Below are positions 1 to 10,617 of a DNA stretch of 64,000 nucleotides, piece after piece. The DNA is taken from NCBI GenBank assembly GCA_002269645.1, contig NIVC01001783.1, positions 62,001 through 126,000 on the forward strand, read 5' to 3'. Each line of letters opens with the position of its first letter. The stretch's first letter is position 1. Source of the stretch: Macrostomum lignano (lineage: Eukaryota). The notes beneath the pieces were generated by a model that searched no databases, was not told where the DNA came from, and saw only the letters and a list, made by a program, of their open reading frames with translations. The position numbers and the translations under genes are program-made.

Positions 1-649
1 TCTTCTAATAAGTCAAATTATAAACATAATATCTATTTAAGATTCCATAGTGCTTTTCCATTAAGTATAAATTCAATTATATCAGGTAGGCACTTAGTAT
101 ACTTTTATAAAATAATAACTATAACATGCAGTAAAAATATTGACTATATACATCAAGAATTATTGATTTTTCTTGATTTGTAAATAAAAATATTACTCTG
201 CAATTTCCAATATTTTTCATGTATTTTATGTAAAATGCGCAATTTCATGTGTTTTTTGTGTTTTCATCAGTTTAGCTTGGGCTAACTAGAAACTGCAGAC
301 TGACAGAATGCATTTCTTTCTCCGGGATATTGCTTCTTTCTAAGTTAAAGAGACCAATATGCTCATTAGGAGTAGCTTTATGCCCAGAAGCATAGTACGC
401 ACAATAAATTGTGTTTTTGTGTTTCCATTAGTTTAGCCTGTTATTGGGCTTTCTAGAAACTGCAGACTGACAGAATGTATTCCTTTTATGGATATTCCTC
501 GTGTTGCTGAATTGTTGACATCAATGTTGTCACAAGCGATTTTTTGTCGTGCCATTGTCAAAATTGGCAATGTTGTTGCAACAACATTGATACATCTTTA
601 CTACTTTACTATGAGTAGTGCAGCGAGAGTTGTGAATGAAATAAAGTAA
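1..649. repeat. Left arm of a long inverted repeat (truncated by the window start)
   Basis: Bases 1-649 are the near-perfect reverse complement of 3127-3943. Position 1 pairs with 3943, and ...GAAATAAAGTAA(649) pairs with TTACTTTATTTC at 3127. The arm contains internal ~167-168-bp subrepeats. Confidence 0.95.
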
Positions 650-964
650 TTTAATTAGTTGTAATTTTATGTAATATTATATTTTTTGTGTTTCCATCAG
701 TTTAGCCTGTTATTGGGCTATCTAGAAACTGAAGACTGACAGAATGTATTCCTTTTTCAGGGATACTGTTTCTTTCCAAGTTAAAGAGACGAATCTGCTT
801 CATACCAACGTCTTTATCGCTAAAATCACAGTAACACAATAAATTTGGAACCCACTTTCCCTTTTTACTCGCGTTTATTAATGATGCGTACACTGTTTTC
901 GAAGCGCAAGGTCCTCTACCTGCGAATGCTGCTTTTTGTCGGCGTTTGAGTTGAGGCTACTGAT

Positions 965-1240
965 GTTCAAGAAGCGACAGCTCTAGGACCAGATGGACAA
1001 GATGTCTATGCCACATTTCCTACTGCGGAAGTGAAAAAGTACGAGGATTTGATCAAGAAGTTTGATGTCTACTGCCAGCCTCTCTCCAACGAGACATTTG
1101 AAAGCTATCAGCTGCGCACCAGAATGCAAGGAGAAGCAGAGGACTTCGACCAGTTCATGGGTTCTCTATGCCAGCTCGTGAAGCACTGCAACTACAGCAA
1201 ACCTGACAATGACGAGATCAAGAACAGCATCTTCGATATC
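965..1240 (+). mobile_element. Ty3/gypsy LTR-retrotransposon gag fragment
   Basis: In-frame LGPDGQDVYATF...KFDVYCQPLSNETFESYQLRTRMQGEAEDFDQFMGSLCQLVKHCNY matches the typical gypsy gag pattern (F..YC.P..N..FE.Y.F..R.Q...E....F...L..L...C.Y). It is truncated at both ends. Confidence 0.8.
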
Positions 1241-1244
1241 TTTG

Positions 1245-2370
1245 ATAGCTTACAGCCTGGCCTTCTGGCTGTTGGGGTGAAGCGCGAGAAGCGTGGGCCC
1301 GCTCACAATACGCCCGAAGGTTCTTGGCCTGGTCTAGCGCGCGCTGGATCAGGCCGGACCTCCGGGTGCTCCTGGCGGGTCTGCGATTGCGATTTCCGGT
1401 TTCAGCAGCGCGAACTGCCCTACCAGGCATAGGATCGGCCGTTTGCCTCGGCTTCTTTGCTGGAGGAGCCTGGGCCCCAGTTCCGGTTTCGGAAGCCTTG
1501 GCATTCTTGGCTTCATCAGCTTTCCACTCCTCGCAACGGAGGATGGTCAGCTGAGTCAAACCAATATGGATTGTGGACTTAGGCGGCAAGTGCTCAGCCC
1601 AGTCATTAGAGAGCCCTAGGATCACTGTAGCCCCCTTCTCCTTGCGGGAAGTGGCGTGGTGTAGGAGCCCGTTGACCTCAAGGTCAGGGTGCAGCTTTAG
1701 CAATATTTGCCTAAGCTGATCTCCGGACTTAATGGCACTGCCGGCCGGGATCCAGACACGAAAGGGCTGGCGAAGACATGCTTGCCAAGCTTCTTGGGCC
1801 AGTTCAGCTTTGGCAGAAGCTCGCGTATACTGCGGCTGCTCTCCTCCGAGCTGCACCAGATGAAGATGCAGCCGTCGGTCTTGGCGGACTTGACCACGCT
1901 CACAGGGCGGCCCGCCAGGAGCTGGTCAATGAGCGCAGCATCGATGGTGCGCCAGGCACTGTCGAGCTCGTCGTCCGTGAGGTCTTGCTCTTCCCCGAAG
2001 ATGATGACTGCCGGTTGGAGCTTGACCTTTGAGGTGTAATTAGTGTGGCGGTTCCCCAGCTCACCAGCGGGGGTTGTATCCTTGGGGGCAGGGGTTGCTG
2101 TGGCTCCTTTCGGGCCAACAGCAGCCTCGTCCTCTCTAGGTTCCCCCTCTGCCGGTAGTCAGCCCGCAGTCGCCATTTCCGCTCATTGCGGCATTGGTTG
2201 CGGGCGCTTCGGGCTTCAGCGGAGGGCCCGGTTGCGCGTGCGGGCATGTCACCGGCCGAGCCGGCGGCAAGCCCATCTGCCCCAAGTGGGGCGGCACTCG
2301 TGCCAGAGTCACCGGCCGGAGTTGCCGGGGCCCCGGCTTCAGCGGGGGTTAAAGAGCCGAATGACGCCAT
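1245..2370 (-). mobile_element. Frameshifted non-LTR retrotransposon ORF1-like fragment (DUF4780-like)
   Basis: An Ala/Gly/Pro-rich N-terminus is followed by VIIFGEEQDLTDDELDSAWRTIDAALIDQLL...GCIFIWCSSEESS, then after a frameshift FRVWIP...LLKLHPDL...VILGLS...IHIGLTQL. This resembles ORF1 of R1/Loa-type LINEs; family recognised from pattern only. Confidence 0.55.
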
Positions 2371-2399
2371 AGCTGAAAGCTATGAGATGAGGATGAGAT

Positions 2400-2995
2400 G
2401 AGGCACAGTGCTGATGAGATGAGACACTTCGCTTCGCTGAAGGCCATCTTGCATTTTGCATCCCAGTTCCATGGCGTGTCCTTGCGCAGGAGCGCTGTTA
2501 GTGGCTCGGCAATGTGAGACAGGTTCTTGATGTAGAACTGGAAGAACTTTGCAAAGCCAAGGAATGAGGCTAACTTTGCCGTATTGGTGGGTGCCTTGAG
2601 TCCCGATACGGACTCGGTGTGCGACTGGATAGGTTGAATTCCCGCTGCGCTGACGCGGTGTCCAACGAACTCGATCTCCGACGCCTTGAAGGTTGCACTT
2701 CTTGAGGTTGACAGTTACTCGATGCTGCAGCAGCTTGTCCAGTACCTGAAGTACGCGACTTTCGTGCTCAGCTTCAGTACCGGCATGAATGGCAATGTTG
2801 TCTTGATAGTGAACGACGCCTCTGATGCCTTGGAGGATCTTGCCGACGACCTTCTGGAAGGCCGCCGGATCCGAGCTGATGCCGAATGGCATGCATCTGA
2901 AATGGTAGAGGCCGAATTCGGTGTGGAAGCAGGTCAGATTCTTGGCGTCATCGTGCAGAGGCAGCTGTAGATACGACTGGTTGAGGTTGATTTGT
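2400..2995 (-). mobile_element. Degenerate Ty3/gypsy reverse transcriptase fragment
   Basis: YLQLPLHDDAKNLTCFHTEFGLYHFRCMPFGISSDPAAFQK...HYQDNIAI (YxDD mutated to YQDN)...VNLKKC. After a frameshift it continues IEFVGHRVSAAGIQP...LASFLGFAKFFQFYIKNLSHIAEPLTALLRKDTPWNW. Confidence 0.92.
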
Positions 2996-3126
2996 GAGAA
3001 AAACTTCGAATTGTAAACCTCAAATATATTACTAATTTAAAATTTTAAAACACGTTTCCATTCTTTTGAATTAGAATAGCAGGTATGTTCAGAGCTAAAG
3101 TAATTCTGGTTTAACAATTTTATGCC

Positions 3127-3943
3127 TTACTTTATTTCATTCACAACTCTCGCTGCACTACTCATAGTAAAGTAGTAAAGATGTATCAATGTTGTTGCAA
3201 CAACATTGCCAATTTTGACAATGGCACGACAAAAAATCGCTTGTGACAACATTGATGTCAACAATTCAGCAACACGAGGAATATCCATAAAAGGAATACA
3301 TTCTGTCAGTCTGCAGTTTCTAGAAAGCCCAATAACAGGCTAAACTAATGGAAACACAAAAACACAATTTATTGTGCGTACTATGCTTCTGGGCATAAAG
3401 CTACTCCTAATGAGCATATTGGTCTCTTTAACTTAGAAAGAAGCAATATCCCGGAGAAAGAAATGCATTCTGTCAGTCTTCAGTTTCTAGATAGCCCAAT
3501 AACAGGCTAAACTGATGGAAATACAAAAAACACAATTTATTGTGCGTACTGTGCTTCTGGTCATAAAGCTACTCCTAATGAGCATATTGGTCTCTTTAAC
3601 TTAGAAAGAAGCAATATCCCGGAGAAAGAAATGCATTCTGTCAGTCTGCAGTTTCTAGTTAGCCCAAGCTAAACTGATGAAAACACAAAAAACACATGAA
3701 ATTGCGCATTTTACATAAAATACATGAAAAATATTGGAAATTGCAGAGTAATATTTTTATTTACAAATCAAGAAAAATCAATAATTCTTGATGTATATAG
3801 TCAATATTTTTACTGCATGTTATAGTTATTATTTTATAAAAGTATACTAAGTGCCTGCCTGATATAATTGAATTTATACTTAATAGAAAAGCACTATGGA
3901 ATCTTAAATAGATATTATGTTTATAATTTGACTTATTAGAAGA
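3127..3943. repeat. Right arm of the long inverted repeat (may extend further right)
   Basis: Reverse complement of 1-649 with one extra ~168-bp subrepeat. The CTGTCAGTCT unit starts at 3303, 3470 and 3638. Confidence 0.95.
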
Positions 3944-6040
3944 GAAGAAATATTAAAATAGAGGTTTTAACAAGTTGTAAAAAGCATCAAGCCAAGAAAT
4001 GCCAATTTTATTTTATTGCCTATACTGATATTAACACTTTGACTGCATGTTTCAAGACATAATTGAAAAATAAATCTAAAAATATAGGAAGTAAAACAGC
4101 ATAAAAGGCTTCATTATTAAGTATGGCCACAAAAATACCACATGGCATATAAATATAATGTATTTTTTATGCGCAAGTGCGCTGTAACTGCCTGCTGCCA
4201 CGTTGCGCAATAAAGACTCGCAGTTCGAAATATTTTTTAATGTTTTCGCTTTGCATTAAAATAAATAGCTTAACAGTCAACACAAAAGTGAGAGCAAAAA
4301 TGCTGATGAAAGTGATAAAACTTTACTTTGATAACTTTTTTAATAGGAAAATTTACTATTTTTCGCACTTAATTTCGTTCACCGCGGAGTTCAGCGGCAG
4401 TCATTCAACACCGGAATTTAACAAGAAACGTTCTCCTGCAGTTCAGGAGCAACACTGAAATTTTATGCGCACGTCAAAATCTGCCTATATTTTGCTTTGA
4501 AATATTGCATGACAGGTTTTCAGCTCTCTGGAAGGATTTATTGGGTTCACCGCCAGTTTCACCCCCCAAAAAATAACAAAAATCGCCCTCCTGATGTCCA
4601 GGGGCAACGCGCAGAGCCAAAAATCTAGGCGCATCTCTAGTTTTACTTGCGCTATCAATTATATATATTTTTAAGCCTTAAAAATAAAGTTAAAATCCGG
4701 TGAACCCAAGTGCCAGTGAATTCAGTAGTTAGTTTGTTGAATAAATAAGAAAAAACCACAAAAAAGCATTTTGAAAGTCCAAGTTGACCGATTTGCAATT
4801 TTTTGTTTCACTTTTTTTCATTATTAAACAATTAATTTTAAGACTTGTAGGCCTTTGAGAAGGCTAATTTTTTCACTACTTACAAAACAGAAAGTAATCT
4901 GTGTTTTACTTTTTATTCAATTCAAAAAGATGAAGTATTTCTAAGGATTTCAAAGTTTTTCTAAAACCATATAAACTTGCAAAAATTCATACTAATATAA
5001 AGTGCAAAGTTTGCCAGCAAACATCTTTCTCTAAAAGTAAATATATCGCTAATTCCTTGTTGCAAAATAATCTTTAAGTTGTTTTCTTTCATTTAAATAT
5101 CAACTTGCATAGTATCAGTATTTGTAAAATGCCTATATTTAGACTTAAAAATTTTGGATACAAATTGGTACCACAAAATGTGAACCCGGCATCCAAATCA
5201 GATGCTTTTTGTATGCTCATTAAGCGACAAAGAACAATGAAATTACACTAAAACATGTATCATCGCAGCGTGTATGCAGGAAAAAAAAGAATTTTCGAAA
5301 TCACTTTAGTAAAAGCTGAGTAAAATGCAATTTTCCGATCCTTACAGGAATTTGTATGTTTAAATAATAAACTTACGTTGAATACAATTTATTGCAAATG
5401 AACTCTACAAAATACACGTCAAGAGTAACGAAAGTGATAAACAAATAAACCCTTGAAAATAATGTTAAATATGTTGTAGAATTATAGAGTGTAACATTAT
5501 AAGATAGTTAATAAAATACATTATTATAGCTTTTCTATCATTTTCATTAGACTATTTTAGGTCATAATTAAACTTACCATTTTAACAAATCATTTTATTA
5601 AAAATAAAGCTATACAAAAATAATTTGTGCTTTATCAGACTTTTTTACCTTTTAAAAACTTGAATAAATTTATTTTATAGCTTTATTGCTTTCAAATTGC
5701 CAAAAAACGAATTTTCATACAACTTGCCCCCGATTTTTGGATTTTACCATATCTTTCTATTAGACTATAAAATCTAAACACTGTTTTTAGGGCCTATAGG
5801 GTTATCAAGGTGCTGACCAATTGGGAGACACAAATTTGGAGACGAAAAGAAAATTTGACAATAATAAGAAAATAACATTTGTTTATAGTCTTATTAAATT
5901 TTTCAATAGAATTGCATTAGGTTTAATCAATGTATAATAAATTTCCATTTTAATTTAGTTTGCTTTTTCCCTTCCTTATCCAATGTTTTTACATTATCAA
6001 AAAACATATTTATTAAATTAGATGCTGACCATTTTGGCAA

Positions 6041-6378
6041 GGCAGTGCTTATCCCCACGGTACCGTAGGAATAATTTCTGTCTTATTCCAACAGTACCGT
6101 GCAATAATTTTCTGCTTATCCGCATGGCACGCAATTTAAATCATTTGTTACTACACAAAAAAATTCTTTCTCATAGAAAAGTCCTTAAATCTTTATTTCT
6201 TTAGAACAAATGTTCAAGCCAAGTTATGTTGTTATACTGCACTCAAATTGTATACTAAACTTCCCACACGGCAGCTATCTCATCAGTGTGCCGTGCGGAA
6301 AAGCAGAAAATTATTTGCACGGTACCGTTGGAATAAGACAGAAATTATTCCTACAGTACCGTGGGGATAAGCACTGCC
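6041..6378. mobile_element. 338-bp MITE with ~90-bp TIRs and a 9-bp TSD (Mutator-like)
   Basis: TIR GGCAGTGCTTATCCCCACGGTAC... at 6041 and its reverse complement ending at 6378. TSD TTTTGGCAA at 6032-6040 and 6379-6387. No coding capacity. Confidence 0.9.
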
Positions 6379-7784
6379 TTTTGGCAAAAGACTACTTCAC
6401 TCTTCAGCAAAGCCAAAGCCAAGGCCATTTTGGCAAAAGACCATTTTGGAAAATCCACTTTGGCAAAAGCAGTGACCACTTTGGCCAAGTCTATGGAACT
6501 TAATAAAATATTTGTTTAATAAAACAAGACAATGAAGTACTAGCACAAGTCTATGTCTAGCAAAGAAAATGATCTTCTTTTCTTATAATATTGACTCATT
6601 GAGTTAATCTTACTACAATAGAAATATTAGATTCCATTTTAAGTGAACAAAGAATCCAAAAATCAATATTTAAACTAATTTCTTAGTACTTTATAGATTA
6701 AATCTGACATTATAGAGTACAAGAAATTTAATAAATTAGAAAATAGGAAATTATGATTAAAAAAGCAATAAAAGCATAATAATATTAATAATAAATAAGC
6801 ATAATAAATTAAATACTATTAACATTCAAATATATAAAGTTAAATAAATAATATTATATTGTGTACTAAAGTAATCATTGCATTTACCAAATTAGATTCT
6901 CTAAAATGGTATTTTGCCAATGTGGCTTTGCCAAAGTGGGCTTTTGCCAAAACTATTAAATCTATTACAAAATATATTTTTTACTTTTTCCCCTTATCTT
7001 TACTTATACATATTTAAACATAGATGTAATATTGCTAATCAGATAATAAGGCATTAAGCCTTGATAATATAGTCATAGTTATTCCTACCACTCATTAAAG
7101 TATGATAATCTTTGCTTTAGGGTTTTTTATAGGTAGGCCCTAAGTCACATTTTTGATCAAAAAGTAAGTTGCATGGCTAGCTTACTAAAATTTTGAAGTT
7201 TGATATGTACAAATAAAAAAAATTAGAATTTTCATTCTAGCAGATATCTACAATGATTTAGAGCCTTTTTTACAGCCAATGACCATTGTTATAGACAGTT
7301 GTCTTATGTAGATAGTAGATTGGTCCTTAGAAGTTGCATGACATGCAGCAATTAGTACTATATATGGCAATGGCATAGCATATAAGGTAGTAGCATAGGG
7401 CAGGTACATAAGGAAGAAGGCACAAATGACTACCAAATCTCTGATCCTTAGGACTTATACTGGCATAGTCAAATGTAAAAAAGGAGGGCATCCTGTGTAT
7501 TTTAGACTTTGGCTACAAAAGGGATCTGTCTTATGCTTTCAAAAATGCTATTTTTGCAAGAAATTCTTATATGTAATAAGGTCCTAGGTAGTTTAGTACC
7601 ATATGCATAGTGTGTACCACTGTTAGTAGTCATTTTACAAGCCCAAATTTTAATAATGTTGAAAGAAACTGTCTTATAAGCTTCAAATTTCACAATGGAA
7701 AAATATTTAAAATATTTAAAATACTAAAAAATTGCATGAGTATATGAGCTACCAAAGTACTTTTAGCTGCATAGGCAAGATGGG

Positions 7785-9210
7785 TGACTCCTGGGTCAGA
7801 TAGGTGACTGCTGTGTCATGTGGGTGACTCCTGGTCAGGTAGGTGTGTCCTGTGTTATGTGGGTGACTCCTGGTCAGGTAGGTGACTCCTGTGACATGTG
7901 GGTGACTGCTGGGTTAGGTAGGTGACTCCTGTGTCAGGTGGGTGACTCCTGGGTCAGGTGGGTGACTCCTGGGTCAGGTGGGTGACTCCTGGGTCAGGTA
8001 GGTGACTCCTGTGTCAGGTGGGTGACTCCTGGGTCAGGTGGGTGACTCCTGGATCAGCTAGGTGACTCCTGTGTCAGCTAGGTGACTCATGTGTCAGGTA
8101 GATGGCTCCTATGTCAGCTAGGTGACTCCTATGTCAGCTAGGTGACTCATGTGTCAGGTAGATGGCTCCTATGTCAGCTAGGTGACTCCTATGTCAGCTA
8201 GGTGACTCCTGTGTCAGCTAGGTGACTCTTGTGTCAGGTAGATGGCTCCTATGTCAGCTAGGTGACTCCTATGTCAGCTAGGTGACTCCTGTGTCAGCTA
8301 GGTGACTCTTGTGTCAGGTAGATGGCTCCTATGTCAGCTAGGTGACTCCTATGTCAGCTAGGTGACTCCTGTGTCAGCTAGGTGACTCTTGTGTCAGGTA
8401 GATGGCTCCTATGTCAGCTAGGTGACTCCTGTGTCAGGTAGGTGACTCCTGTGTCAGGTAGGTGACTCCTGTGTCAGGTAGATGGCTCCTATGTCAGCTA
8501 GGTGACTCCTATGTCAGCTAGGTGACTCCTGTGTCAGCTAGGTGACTCTTGTGTCAGGTAGATGGCTCCTATGTCAGCTAGGTGACTCCTGTGTCAGGTA
8601 GGTGACTCCTGTGTCAGGTAGGTGACTCTTGTGTCAGGTAGATGGCTCCTATGTCAGCTAGGTGACTCCTATGTCAGCTAGGTGACTCCTGTGTCAGCTA
8701 GGTGACTCTTGTGTCAGGTAGATGGCTCCTATGTCAGCTAGGTGACTCCTGTGTCAGGTAGGTGACTCCTATGTCAGCTAGGTGACTCCTGTGTCAGGTA
8801 GGTGACTCCTGTGTCAGGTAGGTGACTCCTGTGTCAGGTAGATGGCTCCTATGTCAGCTAGGTGACTCCTATGTCAGCTAGGTGACTCCTGTGTCAGCTA
8901 GGTGACTCTTGTGTCAGGTAGATGGCTCCTATGTCAGCTAGGTGACTCCTGTGTCAGGTAGGTGACTCCTGTGTCAGGTAGGTGACTCCTGTGTCAGGTA
9001 GATGGCTCCTATGTCAGCTAGGTGACTCCTATGTCAGCTAGGTGACTCCTGTGTCAGCTAGGTGACTCTTGTGTCAGGTAGATGGCTCCTATGTCAGCTA
9101 GGTGACTCCTGTGTCAGGTAGGTGACTCCTGTGTCAGGTAGGTGACTCCTGTGTCAGTTGGGTGACTCCTGTGTCAGGTCGTTTACTTCTGTCCTCCTGG
9201 GTGACTCCCG
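7785..9210. repeat. 20-bp minisatellite (GGTGACTCCTGTGTCAGGTA and variants) with higher-order periodicity
   Basis: Direct inspection. The array ends ~80 bp before the first visible RhoGAP coding exon. Confidence 0.95.
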
Positions 9211-9291
9211 GGTAGATTGACCCTCGGGTTTCATTAATATGATCTACAACTGCGACTATTTCAAAAAGATCGATTTAATAATTTATTTAGA

Positions 9292-10580
9292 ATGAGTCCA
9301 AGCGCCAATCACGGCGGCGGCGCTAATGCTATTAGTTCTGGTGGTGCAAGTGCCACCAACCAGCTGACTTCATCGTCGGCAGCTTCAACAACAACAACAA
9401 CAACAACAGGAGCAGCAGCAGCAGCAGCAGGCCCAGCTCCAGGAGGCAGTGGCGATCAAAATCTGGAGTCAGCTAATAGCGCATCAGAATTGTCAGCTTT
9501 GCCAGATCAATGCCAACAAGTTGAAGATACTATCGAACCGTTGCGTCTGGCCCTAGAAAAGATTAGCAAGCGAACAGATAAATGTTTAGTTAGGAAACAA
9601 CCTGAGGAGGCTTTGAGAGAAGCTTTTCAACAGTCTGCTGAGTCAATGCGGACTAGGAGCAATCTGTTTGACTGCGTGTTGGACGGCCTGGCGGAGACTG
9701 AGGCCGAGTTGATGCAGCGTCGCGGCGAGCTCAATGATGGAATGACTAAGTAAGTGCTATGGTATCTATGGTCATACATGCGCAACCTTGGGAATTACTC
9801 GGCCGTTTCTGTTGGCAACACACACATGTAAGTCGCTATTGGCTGAGAGCAGTCACGTGACTACTTTTCCGTCCAATAGCGACTTACATGTGTGTGTTGC
9901 CAATAGAAACGGCCGGGTGAATCCCTAGGTTGTGCCCAAGCATGTCTATGGTTCCTAGAAATGTTATTTGAATTGGCATTTTTCCGGTGTAAGATTAAGC
10001 AATTCTTAACAAATGAGATTGAGGCGAGGCGATTCTTAACAAATGAGATTGAGGCGATTCTTAGCGCGAGATTCGATTCTTATAGTGAGATTAGGGTAAA
10101 TCTTAGGAGTGAGATTGGGCGATTCTTAGGAGTGAGATTTGAGTAAATCTTAGGGGTGAGATTGGAACGATTCTTAGGGTGCGATTAAAGCAATTCTTAG
10201 GGGTGAGATTAGTGCGATTTTAGAGTGAGATTAGGGTAAATCTTAGGGGTGAGATTGGAACGATTCTTAGGGTGAGATTGGACCGATTCTTAGGGGTGAG
10301 ATTGGAGCTATTCCTAAAGAGATGAGAAAGGGTGTTCTTACAGATCGGATCAGTTTTTAGTCATAAAAGCTGATAATTACCTTGATAATAGTGGCAATGT
10401 CACGCTTAACACCGTTAATCAAACATGCACTCCCTCGCAGGTGGGCAGCGGGCCTGCGCGATCGGGAACGCCGACTGGTGGATCTTCAACAGCAGCGGCG
10501 CAGCCTGAATAGACTGGGCGCTGATCTTGCCAAGCTAAGGCGCCGTTTAGCACACGCGATGCAGAAGCAGCAGTCTGCTA

Positions 10581-10617
<37 letters not shown>

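Noticed and set aside
4140-5800. AT-rich region with short inverted motifs (GGGTTCACCG at ~4543 and CGGTGAACCC at ~4698), possibly a DNA transposon body
   Set aside because: No ORF, termini or TSD could be defined.
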